A DNA stretch of 64,000 bases, from NCBI GenBank assembly GCA_030770535.1, contig JASVEC010000003.1, forward strand, positions 1,426,001 to 1,490,000, written 5' to 3'. The DNA comes from Batkoa obscura (lineage: Eukaryota). This document shows positions 62,674-64,000 of this stretch, one piece after another. How positions within the stretch are numbered: the stretch's first letter is position 1; every line of letters begins with the position of its first letter. Under the pieces are notes generated by a model, which did no database searches, was not told where the DNA came from, and worked only from the letters and a program-made list of their open reading frames with translations. A program made the position numbers and the translations under genes.

Positions 62674-63118
62674 ATATATAAGGATGTTTTCTTTAATTTT
62701 ATAACTTTTTAAATATTATTTAAGCAAAAAAATTGTTAATAAAATCCTTGAATAAAAAATATATCTTTATATAATAATTAAATAGAATATATAAAATAAA
62801 TAAAAAAGTAAATAAAAAAATGATATAATTAAAAATTAAAATAAGTTTATCAAAATTAAGTATAATAAAATTTATAAAAAAAATATTATAGTAAAAATAT
62901 ATATATATTTTTTGTATTAAAATGCTATGTATAAAAACATTTTGTTGATTATAATAAAATATTATAACTATAAGTATAAATGTTGAAATATCAAAATAAT
63001 ATTTTTTATTTAAATTTACTATATAAATTTTTTAAACTAAATATATATAAATTTATAAATATATTTAATTTTAAGTGATTTTGGTATTAAATTAAGTTAA
63101 TAAAATAACATTTTACAT

Positions 63119-63195
63119 GGTGATGCATTTTTTTGTTTAATGATTTTAGTAAATTTTTTTTAAATTACATTTAAAAAATGAAAAAAGACAAAACT
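63119..63195 (-). mobile_element. Degenerate MITE cut off by an LTR
   Basis: GGTGATGCATTTTTTTGTTTAA...AAAAATGAAAAAAG, ends at the LTR boundary. Confidence 0.55.
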
Positions 63196-63660
63196 TGTGA
63201 AAGTTAGTACTCAATGGTTGGAGCTAAAAGCAGTTCTTGGTTGATTAACTTGCCTTGAGTCGAACGGCCCTAGTTTATATAACTAAGATAGACTTAACTT
63301 AATAGGAATAATACGTAATAAGTTACGAACTATGTAAAACAAATATAATAGAAGATACTACTGTAAAATCTACGTAAGATGTTGTCAGAAAGACTTAGTG
63401 GCTTTATTAATAATACGATATCAGGGAGTAATTCAGTTAAAAAAAGCCTCGAGTTATGATATTGAAGAATCTCTTTTATACTCCAACAAGTACAGATATC
63501 AAAACCAGAGGATATCATTCTTTGCAATATAAAGTTATAAATTCTCACAGCAAATCAAAACAAGGGACTCTGGATTGATTGTGCTTGAACTTGAGAACAC
63601 AGGAACTTGAGTGATTGTTGTGTTATAATCAATCCCAGAGCTAATAAAGCAATATTTATA
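63196..63660 (-). mobile_element. Solo LTR (diverged)
   Basis: Reverse-complement match to the LTR over ~465 bp; one terminus degenerate. Confidence 0.9.
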
Positions 63661-64000
63661 ATATATAAATAATAAAAAGTTAAGTTTATTAAAAACAGCT
63701 TTGATTTTATTATTAAAGGTTTAGGTTCTTTTATTAGTAACTATATTAATTTTATTTTGAAATAATTAATTTAAAATAAAAGGTAATGTTATGTTTAAAA
63801 GCTTAAATTTGAGGTTTTTAACTTTTTTAATTAATTTTTTATGTTTTATAATTGATATGATTAAGCTTTGAATTTTTTAAAATGAGATTTTTTTAAACCA
63901 GAGTTATATATATTATGCAAAAAAGTATTAACAGTACTATAAAAGATCTGGATGAAAGCAGTCAAGTTATTAATAGTATTAAAAGCATAATTGACTTTTT

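Overview
Very AT-rich eukaryotic DNA with ~50-nt GT-AG introns. The gene content (secreted trypsin, expanding F-box/LRR family, kelch membrane protein) suggests an early-diverging fungus, possibly Entomophthorales-like; this is inference only. The window opens with an intact, apparently very young Ty3/Gypsy LTR retrotransposon (1100-8751). It has identical 468-bp LTRs, a tRNA-Asn PBS, a -1 frameshift signal and a degenerate dUTPase-like domain, and four more LTR remnants lie elsewhere. There are eight tRNA genes (5 identical Ile-AAT, 2 Asn-GTT, 1 Ala-AGC) and about 15-17 copies of a ~97-bp MITE with a 4-bp ATAT-type TSD. A MITE sits beside 7 of the 8 tRNA genes, and one copy disrupts an F-box gene. 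Recognisable genes: galactokinase, S-adenosylmethionine decarboxylase, SCYL1/Cex1-like pseudokinase, a divergent B-type cyclin, an NmrA-like reductase, Nuf2 and trypsin. The best candidate for an undescribed system is a cluster of four small secreted prepro-peptides (14151-18891 and 26028-26222). Their core is C-x3-C-x13-C-x4-C around a GB1-like beta-hairpin motif (EWK[MY]DPALGRF), and the family appears to evolve by tandem duplication and gene conversion. Also notable are a pair of orphan paralogs and a triplicated membrane protein whose homogenised tract roughly matches the transcript boundaries.
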